Shown here one piece after another: positions 1 to 8,945 of a stretch of DNA of 64,000 nt. The position numbers and the translations under genes are program-made. How positions within the stretch are numbered: position 1 is the first letter of the stretch; each line of letters starts with the position of its first letter. Origin of the DNA: Lacibacter sp. (GTDB lineage: Bacteria; Bacteroidota; Bacteroidia; Chitinophagales; Chitinophagaceae). The notes beneath the pieces were generated by a model. The model searched no databases. It was not told the DNA's origin and saw only the letters and a list, made by a program, of their open reading frames with translations. Location of the stretch: the NCBI GenBank assembly GCA_046297415.1, contig JBKBIL010000003.1, positions 193,070-257,069 of the forward strand, in the 5' to 3' direction.

Positions 1-2944
1 CCGCTACGGCAACTTCGATATTTTTATCATTCCGGCCGAAGGCGGTACCGCCCGCCGGCTTACGTATCATTCGGCCAACGAATATCCCTACAGCTTTTCG
101 CCCGATGGCAGGCAGGTGCTGTTTGGCGCTGCCCGCCTCGATGCGCCCGAAAATCGTCAATACCCTGCCCGTTATATGACGGAACTCTATGCCGTGGGTA
201 CCCAGGGCGGCCGGGTAACCCAGGTGCTTACCACCCCTGCCGAGTACATTGCCTTCAGCAAAGACGGCAGCCGCTTTTTGTATCAGGATAAAAAGGGTGG
301 CGAAGACGATTGGCGCAAGCACCATACCTCTTCGGTTACACGCGACATTTGGCAGTACAACCTGAAAACCGGCACGCACACGCAACTTACCCGCTTTGCC
401 GGCGAAGACCGCAACCCGGTATTTGCACCCGGCGAAAAAGGTTTTTATTACCTGAGCGAGGAAAGCGGTTCGTTTAACGTGCACTACCTGGAACCCGATG
501 CGCCGAAAAGCCGCCAGCTCACCCGCTTCCGCACCCATCCGGTGCGTTTTCTTACCGGCAGCGCCGATGGCACCCTTTGCTTCAGCTACGACGGCAGCAT
601 ATACACCCTGCGGGAGGGTGCCGAACCCCGCAAAGTACCCATCACCATTCTTGCCGACGGCCGCTACCCCGATCAGCAGGTGTACCGGGTAACGGGCGGC
701 AGCGGCATGGCCGTATCGCCCAACGGAAAAGAAATTGCCTTTTTGTACCGCGGCGATGTGTTTGTAACCAGCGTGGAGGGCGGCCTTACCAAGCGCATTA
801 CCCACACTCCCGAGCAGGAAAGCAGCGTCAGCTTCTCGCCCGACGGAAAGGCCCTGCTGTACAGCAGCCAGCGCAACCAACGCTGGGGTATTTACGAAAC
901 ACGCATTGCCCGCAAGGAGGAACCGTATTTTTATGCGGCCACCCTGCTTACCGAAACGCCGCTGATTGTGAACAACAACGGCAATACCCAGCCACTCTAT
1001 TCGCCCGACGGTAAAGAAGTGGCGTACATCGAAAACCGGGTGTTGCTGCGGGTGTACAATCTTGCCACCCAACAAACCCGAACCCTGCTTACCGGCAACC
1101 ATTTGTTTTCTGGCGGCGAAAACGACCAGTATTTTCAATGGAGCCCCGATGGCAAATGGCTGTTGTTTGATTATGCGGTACCCGGCAGCGCCGCCGGCGA
1201 TGTGGGCCTGGTGCGTGCCGATGGCAGCCGCATTGAAAACCTCACCCAAAGCGGTTTTAACGATTACCGCCCCCGCTGGATTTTAGGTGGCAAAGCCATG
1301 CTGTGGTTCAGCACCCGCGACGGGTTGCGGGCCGCAGCCATGAGCGGCAGCAAGCAGGCCGATGCCTATGCCCTGTTTTTTTCCAAAGAGGCGTACGACC
1401 GGTACCGCCTTACCAAAGAAGAGGCGGCACTGAAAAAAGAAGCCGAAGAAGCACAGGCGAAAGCCGATACCGCCAAAAAGAAAAATGGCCCGGACAGTGT
1501 GGTGATTGACTGGGACGACCTGGAACTGCGGAAAGCCAAACTCACCATCCACTCCTCTTCACTGGCCGATGCGCTGGTAAGCAAAGACGGCGAAAACCTG
1601 TATTACCTGGCCCGCTTTGAACAGGGTTACAACCTGTGGACCACCAACCTCCGCACCCGCGAAACCAAAATGCTGGCTACCCTCAATGCCCAGGGCGGCA
1701 GCATGCAATGGGATAAAGAACAAAAATCCATTTTCGTAAACAGCGGCAGCAACTTCATCAAAATCGATCCCAACTCGGGTAAGCAGGAGCGCATCAGCCC
1801 CAATGGCGAAATGATTGTGGATGTGCTCAAAGAACGTCGTTTTATGTTCGACCACGTGTGGCGGCGTACCAAAAACACGTTCTACACACAGTCGTTTCAC
1901 GGCGTGAACTGGGATTTGTACAAAACCGAATACGAAAAATACCTGCCCCACATTGGCAACAATTACGAGTTTAGCGAACTGCTGAGCGAGCTGCTGGGCG
2001 AACTGAATGTAAGCCACAGCGGCAGCGGGTTTACCAACCGCGACCCTACTGGCGACATTACGGCCGCGTTGGGAATTTTTTACGATTACAACTACAAAGG
2101 CACCGGCGTGCGGGTGCTGGAAGTTATCAAAGGCGGGCCGCTGGATAAGGCCGGCTTTAACATCAAGCCCGGCACCATCATCGAAAGCATTGACGGCGAA
2201 CGCATCACTCCCGATAAAGACCTGGCGCAATACCTCAACCGCAAGGCCGGCACCTTTACCCTGCTGGGCATTGTGGACGGTACCACCCGCCGCGAACTGA
2301 CGGTGAAGCCCATTACCCTGGGCGAAGAAAACCGCCTGCTGTACCAGCGCTGGGTGAAACGCAATGCCGACGAGGTGCACCGCCTCAGCAAGGGCCAGCT
2401 GGGCTATGTGCACATACCGGGCATGGACGATGGCGCTTTTCGGGTAACCTTTGCCGAAATCATGGGCAAACACTTCAGCAAAAAGGGCATTGTGGTGGAC
2501 ACCCGCAATAACAGCGGCGGCGACCTCGTGGCCGACCTGGCCATGTTTTTGAGCGGCAAAAAGTTTCTCGACTACGGTATTGATAACCGCCTCAACGGTT
2601 ACGAGCCCAACTTTCAATGGACCAAATCCAGCATATCGCTGGCCAACGAAGCCAATTACAGCGATGGACACTGCTATGCGTTTATGATTAAAGAACTGAA
2701 CATCGGCAAACTGGTGGGCATGCCCGTGCCGGGCACCTGCACCTTTGGCGGCTGGGAGCCGTTGATGGACAGCGGCATCCTTTGGGGCGTGCCGGCCGTA
2801 GGCTGTAAAGACGTAAGAGGCAATTACCTCGAAAACAGTCCCACCCAGCCCGATATACTGGTACGCAACGAACCGCAACAAGTGGCTGCCGGCACCGACC
2901 GGCAACTGGAAGTGGCTGTAGAAGAACTGCTGAAAGGGCTCTGA
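1..2944 (+). CDS. Tricorn-like S41 family peptidase with PD40/WD40-like propellers and PDZ domain, 5'-truncated
   Basis: Frame stays open back to base 2 (RYGNFDIFIIPAEGGTARRLTYH). Repeated FSPDGK propeller motifs; C-terminal S41 motifs GYVHIPGM, VDTRNNSGG, NYSDG, GKLVGMPVPG. Confidence 0.9.
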   Translation, partial: RYGNFDIFIIPAEGGTARRLTYHSANEYPYSFSPDGRQVLFGAARLDAPENRQYPARYMTELYAVGTQGGRVTQVLTTPAEYIAFSKDGSRFLYQDKKGGEDDWRKHHTSSVTRDIWQYNLKTGTHTQLTRFAGEDRNPVFAPGEKGFYYLSEESGSFNVHYLEPDAPKSRQLTRFRTHPVRFLTGSADGTLCFSYDGSIYTLREGAEPRKVPITILADGRYPDQQVYRVTGGSGMAVSPNGKEIAFLYRGDVFVTSVEGGLTKRITHTPEQESSVSFSPDGKALLYSSQRNQRWGIYETRIARKEEPYFYAATLLTETPLIVNNNGNTQPLYSPDGKEVAYIENRVLLRVYNLATQQTRTLLTGNHLFSGGENDQYFQWSPDGKWLLFDYAVPGSAAGDVGLVRADGSRIENLTQSGFNDYRPRWILGGKAMLWFSTRDGLRAAAMSGSKQADAYALFFSKEAYDRYRLTKEEAALKKEAEEAQAKADTAKKKNGPDSVVIDWDDLELRKAKLTIHSSSLADALVSKDGENLYYLARFEQGYNLWTTNLRTRETKMLATLNAQGGSMQWDKEQKSIFVNSGSNFIKIDPNSGKQERISPNGEMIVDVLKERRFMFDHVWRRTKNTFYTQSFHGVNWDLYKTEYEKYLPHIGNNYEFSELLSELLGELNVSHSGSGFTNRDPTGDITAALGIFYDYNYKGTGVRVLEVIKGGPLDKAGFNIKPGTIIESIDGERITPDKDLAQYLNRKAGTFTLLGIVDGTTRRELTVKPITLGEENRLLYQRWVKRNADEVHRLSKGQLGYVHIPGMDDGAFRVTFAEIMGKHFSKKGIVVDTRNNSGGDLVADLAMFLSGKKFLDYGIDNRLNGYEPNFQWTKSSISLANEANYSDGHCYAFMIKELNIGKLVGMPVPGTCTFGGWEPLMDSGILWGVPAVGCKDVRGNYLENSPTQPDILVRNEPQQVAAGTDRQLEVAVEELLKGL

Positions 2945-2958
2945 GAAAACGCACCCGG

Positions 2959-2985
2959 AGGCGTGACGCAAGTCACGCCTTTTTT
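2959..2985 (+). terminator. Intrinsic terminator
   Basis: AGGCGTGAC-GCAA-GTCACGCCT followed by a T run, just after the S41 stop. Confidence 0.8.
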
Positions 2986-3010
2986 GTGAACACAGCGCCC
3001 GCTTTTGCTG

Positions 3011-3018
3011 TATTTTTG
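3011..3018 (+). promoter_or_regulatory. Bacteroidota -7 promoter element
   Basis: TATTTTTG matches TAnnTTTG, 22 nt before the korA ATG. Confidence 0.55.
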
Positions 3019-3040
3019 AAACATTCAAGAAAAAAGGCGT

Positions 3041-4885
3041 ATGGCACGTAAAGAAGAAGTTTTAAGTGATGTGGTCATCAAATTTGCCGGCGACAGCGGC
3101 GATGGCATGCAGCTTACCGGCAGCCAGTTTACCAACAACACGGCCCTGATGGGGATGGACCTGGCTACCTTTCCCGATTTTCCGGCCGAAATACGGGCCC
3201 CGCAGGGCACCCTGCCCGGCGTAAGCGGCTACCAGTTGCGCTTTAGCAGCAACCCGGTTTTTACCCCCGGCGATGCCTGCGATGTGCTGGTGGCCATGAA
3301 CGCGGCTGCTTTGAAAGTGAATTTGAATTCCATAAAAAAAGGCGGAAAGATTATTGTAAATACCGATGGCTTCGATGCCAAAAACCTGCGCCTGGCCAAC
3401 TATCCCGAAGGAGAGAATCCGCTCGAAAACGACAGCCTCTCCAACTATGAGGTGATAAAAATGGATGTTACCAAAATGACCCGGGAAGCCCTCAAGGATT
3501 TTGCCATGGGTACCAAAGAAAAAGACCGGGCCAAAAACATGTTTGTGCTCGGATTTTTGTACTGGATGTACAACCGCGACATGGATAGCACCATTCAGTT
3601 TTTGCGGGATAAGTTTGGCAAAAAAGATGAAATTCTGAACAGCAACATTGCCGCCTTACAGGCCGGCTACAACTACGGCGAAACAACCGAAACCTTTACC
3701 ACCACCTACCGCATGGAGCGGGCCAAGCTGCAACCCGGCCTGTACCGTTCCATCATGGGCAACCAGGCACTGGCCTACGCCCTTATTGCCGCTTCTGAAA
3801 AAAGCGGCCTGCCGTTGTTTTTGGGTTCGTATCCCATTACGCCCGCCAGCGACATTTTGCACGAACTGAGCCGCCACAAAAACTTTGGCGTAAAAACCTT
3901 TCAGGCCGAAGATGAAATAGCCGCCATTACTTCGGCTATAGGTGCCAGTTATGGAGGCGCCCTGGGCGTAACCACCAGCAGCGGCCCCGGCATTGCCCTC
4001 AAAACCGAAGCCATGGGCCTGGCCGTAATGCTCGAAATACCGCTGGTAATTATTAACATTCAGCGGGGTGGCCCCTCCACCGGTCTGCCCACCAAAACCG
4101 AGCAAAGCGACCTGCTGCAGGCCTACTACGGCCGCAACGGCGAATGCCCCATGCCGGTACTGGCAGCCGCCACACCCAGCGACTGTTTTGATGCCACTTA
4201 CGAAGCCGTACGCATAGCGGTACAACACATGACGCCTGTAATATTGTTGAGCGATGGCTACATTGCCAACGGCGCCGAACCCTGGCGCTTTCCGCAATCG
4301 GCCGACCTGCCGCCCATTACCGTGCAGTTTAAAAAAGAGCTCGAGGCAGGCGAAGAAAAGTTTATGCCCTACAAACGCGATGAAAAACTGGTACGCCCCT
4401 GGGCCGTGCCGGGTACGCCGGGGCTGGAGCACCGCATTGGCGGCCTTGAAAAGCAGGATGTAACCGGCAACATCAGTTACGACCCCGAAAACCACCAGCA
4501 CATGGTAAAAGTGCGCCAGGCAAAGGTGGATGCCATTGCCCAATACATACCCGAGCAACAACTCGATTCGGGTGTGTCCAACGGTAAGGTATTGGTGCTG
4601 GGCTGGGGCAGTACCTACGGTGCCATCAAAACCGCCGTGGCCGATTTGCTGGCCGAAGGCGCGCCGGTAGCACATGCCCACCTGCGCTACCTGCGGCCCT
4701 TCCCCCGCAACCTGGGCGCCTTGCTGAAGAATTACGAAACCGTATTGGTGCCCGAAATCAATAACGGCCAGCTGGTAAAAATCATACGCGATACTTACCT
4801 GATTGATGCAAAGGCTTACAACAAAATCAAAGGCGTGCCCATTACCCGCACCGAAATGGTGGAAGAAATTCGGAAGTATTTGTAA
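3041..4885 (+). CDS. korA: 2-oxoacid:acceptor oxidoreductase alpha subunit (fused gamma-alpha)
   Basis: AGDSGDGMQLTG gamma-domain motif, YPITP, QAEDEIAA, TSSGPG, QRGGPSTGLPTK. Confidence 0.93.
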   Translation: MARKEEVLSDVVIKFAGDSGDGMQLTGSQFTNNTALMGMDLATFPDFPAEIRAPQGTLPGVSGYQLRFSSNPVFTPGDACDVLVAMNAAALKVNLNSIKKGGKIIVNTDGFDAKNLRLANYPEGENPLENDSLSNYEVIKMDVTKMTREALKDFAMGTKEKDRAKNMFVLGFLYWMYNRDMDSTIQFLRDKFGKKDEILNSNIAALQAGYNYGETTETFTTTYRMERAKLQPGLYRSIMGNQALAYALIAASEKSGLPLFLGSYPITPASDILHELSRHKNFGVKTFQAEDEIAAITSAIGASYGGALGVTTSSGPGIALKTEAMGLAVMLEIPLVIINIQRGGPSTGLPTKTEQSDLLQAYYGRNGECPMPVLAAATPSDCFDATYEAVRIAVQHMTPVILLSDGYIANGAEPWRFPQSADLPPITVQFKKELEAGEEKFMPYKRDEKLVRPWAVPGTPGLEHRIGGLEKQDVTGNISYDPENHQHMVKVRQAKVDAIAQYIPEQQLDSGVSNGKVLVLGWGSTYGAIKTAVADLLAEGAPVAHAHLRYLRPFPRNLGALLKNYETVLVPEINNGQLVKIIRDTYLIDAKAYNKIKGVPITRTEMVEEIRKYL

Positions 4886-4954
4886 TGCCGGCAGCGGGTG
4901 TAACGGCCGAATGACTTTACAAGTAGGCGGGCTACAGCACAACAGATAATTGCA

Positions 4955-4988
4955 AAAAAGCCATTTGTTGTACAACAAATGGCTTTTT
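4955..4988. terminator. Bidirectional terminator between convergent korA and ricT
   Basis: Perfect 16-bp inverted repeat AAAAAGCCATTTGTTG-TA-CAACAAATGGCTTTTT. Confidence 0.85.
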
Positions 4989-4998
4989 GATGGGTATG

Positions 4999-6333
4999 CT
5001 ACGATGCGGCTTCGTTGCCCGGGGGCCGCTTGCCGCCTTCGCCCCCTCTGTTACGCCGCCGTGGGGGCTTGCCGCTTTCGGGGGCTTTGCCGCCCGGTTT
5101 ATTTTTTTCGCCCTGCCGGGGGTGGGGTTTGTTAGCCTGTTGTTGCTTGGGTGCGGCCGCCTGTTGCGGTTTTTGCTGCCGGGCCTGTTGTTGCTGGCGC
5201 TGTTGTTGTTGCTGTTGGCGTTCTTTATCGCGCCGGCGCCGGCTGTTGCGTTCGAGCGCCCGCAGGCTGATTTGGCCCACCAGCTCCACATTGGCCATTT
5301 CTTTTTCTTCGGCCCGGGCAGGAGAGAGTTCTACGGCGCCCAGTTCGGCGGGGCGCTCGCCCCGGGCATTCATGGCCCGTATTTCTTTTACCCGCTCAAT
5401 GGGAACGGGGTATTGCTTGTTGCTGTCGGGCAGCACGTACCACATCAGGTTTTTGAAAATATCTTTTTTAATGAGGGTGGCCGTGCCGCGTTCCAGTTCC
5501 AGCGTATCGGCGTTGTTGGGAAAATGCTGCAGGGCATCGAGGTAGGTATCCAGCTCGTAGTTGAGGCAGCATTTGAGGCGGCCGCACTGGCCGCTGAGCT
5601 TGGCCTGGTTGATGCTGAGGTTTTGATAGCGGGCCGCGGTGGTGGTAACGCTCTTGAAATCGGTAAGCCAGGTGCTGCAGCACAGTTCGCGGCCGCAGCT
5701 GCCAATGCCGCCAATTTTAGCGGCTTCCTGCCGAATGCCGATTTGCCGCATTTCTACCTTTACCTTAAACTCGCTGGCGTAAATTTTTATCAGTTCCCGA
5801 AAATCTACCCGGTCGTCGGCGGTATAGTAAAAGGTGGCTTTGCGGCCGTCGGCCTGAAACTCCACTTCAATGAGCTTCATGTTCAGCTTTTGCTGAATGA
5901 TGATGGCCCGGGCACGTACCAGCGCCGGTTTTTCCCGCTCCTTGCTTTCGCGCCACTTTTGCAGGTCCAGCTCATTGGCCCGCCGCAAAATTTTTTTAAT
6001 ATCGGGGCTGTCTTCCTTCACGCCCTTTTTCTTCATTTGCAGGCGTACCAGTTCGCCGCTCAGGTTTACCATGCCCACATCAAAACCGCCTACGCCTTCT
6101 ACCGTAACCATATCGCCCTTTTCAAAATGCTGCAGGGTATTGTTGCGGTAAAAATCTTTGCGGCTGCCGTTATTGAAGGTTACCTCAACAATGCGGCAAT
6201 CGCTGTTGGGGTCGCTAAAAGGTAAATTGGCCAGCCAATCGTGCACATTCAGGCGGTTACAGCCGCCGGTGCTGCAGCCGCCGTTGCTTTTACAGCCATT
6301 GGGTTTTCCGGTTCCACAACTGCTACAACTCAT
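4999..6333 (-). CDS. ricT: PSP1-domain Fe-S protein (RicT/YaaT family)
   Basis: PSP1 core FYYTADDRVDFRELIK...IEMRQIG-like segment, Cys motifs CGRELCC and CGRLKCC, Cys-rich N-terminus; lies next to holB. Confidence 0.88.
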   Translation of the reverse strand: MSCSSCGTGKPNGCKSNGGCSTGGCNRLNVHDWLANLPFSDPNSDCRIVEVTFNNGSRKDFYRNNTLQHFEKGDMVTVEGVGGFDVGMVNLSGELVRLQMKKKGVKEDSPDIKKILRRANELDLQKWRESKEREKPALVRARAIIIQQKLNMKLIEVEFQADGRKATFYYTADDRVDFRELIKIYASEFKVKVEMRQIGIRQEAAKIGGIGSCGRELCCSTWLTDFKSVTTTAARYQNLSINQAKLSGQCGRLKCCLNYELDTYLDALQHFPNNADTLELERGTATLIKKDIFKNLMWYVLPDSNKQYPVPIERVKEIRAMNARGERPAELGAVELSPARAEEKEMANVELVGQISLRALERNSRRRRDKERQQQQQQRQQQQARQQKPQQAAAPKQQQANKPHPRQGEKNKPGGKAPESGKPPRRRNRGGEGGKRPPGNEAAS

Positions 6334-6610
6334 AAAGGTTTGCTACTGAGGTGATTAATAAAATTACAGGCTGCTCAAAAGCGGAAAGAAGCAATCGCGG
6401 TTACGGGTATGCACAGGCCGGTGTGTCGGCTTTTGGGTAGTTGCGCATCAACTCTTTGTATGCATGAGGCCGGCCGCAAGTGCCGGCATTACGTTTCGGG
6501 TTGCCACGCCCTACACGCCCGGGCGCAGGGTACTTTCAGCTTTTCAAGGGGCTTGCCTGTTTGCCTTCGGCCAGCGGCACTGCAACAACGCACGGGAAGG
6601 CATGCAAATT

Positions 6611-6618
6611 CAAAGGTA
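6611..6618 (-). promoter_or_regulatory. -7 promoter element upstream of ricT
   Basis: TACCTTTG on the minus strand, about 280 nt upstream of the ricT ATG. Confidence 0.5.
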
Positions 6619-6647
6619 GCACTTTTTGCACACACGGGGTGCGGCTG

Positions 6648-7817
6648 TTATTGCACGCCAATAGTGGTATGCAGGCGAATGATGTGGAACAACTTGATGG
6701 TAAGGGCCATAAACAGCATTTTGGGGTTGCAGTTGCGCTCCACGTAGTAGGTGGCTTTTTCCAGCTCGGTAGTGATGGCCTCCAGCTGGTCAACATCACA
6801 CATGTTGTTGAGCCGCGAGGCAAAGTCGGCCTCGGTGGCGGTAAGGGGCAGGGGTCCGTTGCCCATGGTGCGCAGGCGGATGCTTTGCTCAATGAGATGC
6901 AGAAAGTACTGCAAAAATTGTTTTTGTTTTTCGCGGCCCATGCCGCTGATGCCTTCTACCCACTGCACCTGCTCAATGCCGGCATTGCGGTAAATGGCAT
7001 TGAGCCAATCGCGAAGCAGGCGTTGCCAGTCTTCTTCGGCGTGTTGTATCAGTTGCAGGGCTTCGCGGTAGTTGCCTTCACATACGCCGGCAATTTGCCG
7101 GGCCTGCTCTTCGGGCAGTTTGCAGCGTTGCTGCAGGGCAAGGGCTACCGCATTGAGGGTAAGGGGCGGTATGCGAATGGTTTGGCAGCGGCTGACGATG
7201 GTGGGCAATACCAGTTCTTCGCGTTCGCAAATCAAAATAAACAGGGTGTTGGCCGGGGGTTCTTCAATCAGTTTCAGCAGTTTGTTGCCCTCTTTGCCCA
7301 GGTATTCGGCCATCCACAAAATCAGAATTTTGTAGGGGCTCTCAAAGCTCTTGAGGTTGAGTTTGCGGATGATGTCGTTACACTCTTCGGCCGTAATGTT
7401 GCCCTGTTTGTTTTCGGCGCCAATGAATTGCAGCCAGTCGTACACATTGCCGTAGGGGTATAGTTTGATGAACTCCCGCCACTCGGCGATGAAGTCGGTG
7501 GCCTTGGGTTTATCGCCCGGTTTGCGGGCAATAACCGGATAGCTGTAGTGGATATCGGGGTGGATGTACTGCTGTGCCAGGGCCACGCCGTGTTTTTCGG
7601 CCGGAGGGGCCGGCGCTTCGCCAAACAGTGAGGGGGCGGCAGCGGGTGCTGCTTCGTTTTGTTCAATGATGTATGTGCTGAATGCTAGGGCCAGCGGCAG
7701 GGCGCCGCTCCCTTCCTTGCCCACAAACAACAGCGCATGGCTCAGGCGGTTTTGATCCACCATGTCGCGTAGCTGCCGTATCACCGCATCCTGGCCAATA
7801 ACATCTTGAAACTGCAT
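6648..7817 (-). CDS. holB: DNA polymerase III subunit delta'
   Basis: SHALLFVGKEGSG, HPDIH, NKLLKLIEEPP, LPTIVSRCQ (SRC motif). Confidence 0.92.
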   Translation of the reverse strand: MQFQDVIGQDAVIRQLRDMVDQNRLSHALLFVGKEGSGALPLALAFSTYIIEQNEAAPAAAPSLFGEAPAPPAEKHGVALAQQYIHPDIHYSYPVIARKPGDKPKATDFIAEWREFIKLYPYGNVYDWLQFIGAENKQGNITAEECNDIIRKLNLKSFESPYKILILWMAEYLGKEGNKLLKLIEEPPANTLFILICEREELVLPTIVSRCQTIRIPPLTLNAVALALQQRCKLPEEQARQIAGVCEGNYREALQLIQHAEEDWQRLLRDWLNAIYRNAGIEQVQWVEGISGMGREKQKQFLQYFLHLIEQSIRLRTMGNGPLPLTATEADFASRLNNMCDVDQLEAITTELEKATYYVERNCNPKMLFMALTIKLFHIIRLHTTIGVQ

Positions 7818-7854
7818 GCGGGGCGAAGATAAGCGGAAGCGGGAAATGTTGGGG

Positions 7855-8035
7855 CTTGGGGGTGTAAGGCGTAGGGTGAGGCGTAAGGTGTAAGGTGTAA
7901 GGTGTAGGGTGTAAGGTGTAAGGCGTAAGGTATGAGGTGTGGGGGGAGTGAGGTGTAAGGCGTAAGGTGTAGGGTGTGAGGGGTTAGGTTAGGGTTATGA
8001 GTTACGGGTTACGAGTTGTGGGATACGGGTTGCGG
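7855..8035. repeat. Degenerate heptamer array, G-rich on + (GGTGTAA/GGCGTAA, then GGGTTAC/GGGTTGC)
   Basis: Visible 7-nt periodicity. Confidence 0.9.
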
Positions 8036-8104
8036 GTTTCTACCGAATGTGGGAGATTCGGGATTTCGGGGGATTGATTGTAACATGAAAGATTGAGGTT
8101 GAAC

Positions 8105-8322
8105 GTTGTACAACCTTCAACCTTAAACCTTCAACCTCGAACTTTCAACCCCAAACCTTTAACCTCAAACCTTCAACCTTCAACCCCAAACTTTCAACCC
8201 CAAACTTTCAACCTCAAACCTTCCACCTCAAACCTTCAACCCCAAACCTTCCACCTCAAACCTTCAACCTCAAACTTTCAACGTCAAACCTTCAACCTCA
8301 AACCTTCAACCTACAACCTTTT
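8105..8322. repeat. Degenerate heptamer array, C-rich on + (AACCTTC/AACCTCA)
   Basis: Roughly 30 imperfect 7-nt units. Confidence 0.9.
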
Positions 8323-8880
8323 TTACAACTTCGCGGTAATATCGCTGCTCAGCGGTTTGGTGCTGCTGGGGAAGTAGGCCACCAGCTCGCCTTTTTCGTT
8401 CAACAAAAATTTGTTGAAGTTCCAGCGGATGGTAGCATCCATTACGCCGTTTTCCGACTTGCTGGTAAGCCATTTGAAGATGGGGGCAATATCATCGCCC
8501 TTCACGCTTACTTTGGCCGCCATGGGAAAGGTTACGCCATAATTTTTTTGACAGAAGTTTTTGATTTCCGCATTGGTGCCGGGTTCTTGTCCGCCGAAAT
8601 TGTTGGCCGGAAAGCCCACCACCACTAGTTTGTCTTTATACTTTTCGTACAGTTGCTGCAGTTCGGCATACTGCGGGGTATAGCCACACTGCGAGGCGGT
8701 ATTTACAATCAAAATCATTTTGCCTTTAAAGGCTGCAAAATCAATGGTGCCGCCATCGAGGCTTTCTACCTTAAAACGATGAATGCTGGGCAGGGTTTGC
8801 ATGGCCGAAGTAGTTTGCGGTTGGTGGGTAGTAAATGCGTACGACAGAAGTACTACGGTAACAAGAAGCAGGCGAAGCAT
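8323..8880 (-). CDS. gpx: Glutathione peroxidase (Cys type) with signal-like N-terminus
   Basis: VNTASQCGYT, GFPANNFGGQEPG, WNFNKFL. Start placed at MLRLLL (8880); the ORF extends to 8919. Confidence 0.9.
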   Translation of the reverse strand: MLRLLLVTVVLLSYAFTTHQPQTTSAMQTLPSIHRFKVESLDGGTIDFAAFKGKMILIVNTASQCGYTPQYAELQQLYEKYKDKLVVVGFPANNFGGQEPGTNAEIKNFCQKNYGVTFPMAAKVSVKGDDIAPIFKWLTSKSENGVMDATIRWNFNKFLLNEKGELVAYFPSSTKPLSSDITAKL

Positions 8881-8945
8881 AATTTGAAATTTTTGAAAAT
8901 TAACAATTGCCGGCGCCATCTGGTTGGATGCGCCGGCAAAAATAT

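Noticed and set aside
4886-4900. Partial RAYT REP (GCCGGCAGCGGGT) after korA
   Set aside because: Only about 13 nt match, likely chance in GC-rich DNA.
1559-4978. Long antisense ORFs 1559-3028 and 3656-4978 (likewise 4987-6225, 21160-22554, 32408-34879)
   Set aside because: Shadow frames of well-supported genes in GC-rich sequence, with no recognisable motifs.
8093-8377. 94-aa ORF of LKPSTSN-like repeats
   Set aside because: Translation artefact of the heptamer array.
8323-8880. Selenocysteine glutathione peroxidase
   Set aside because: The active-site codon is TGT (Cys); no in-frame TGA.
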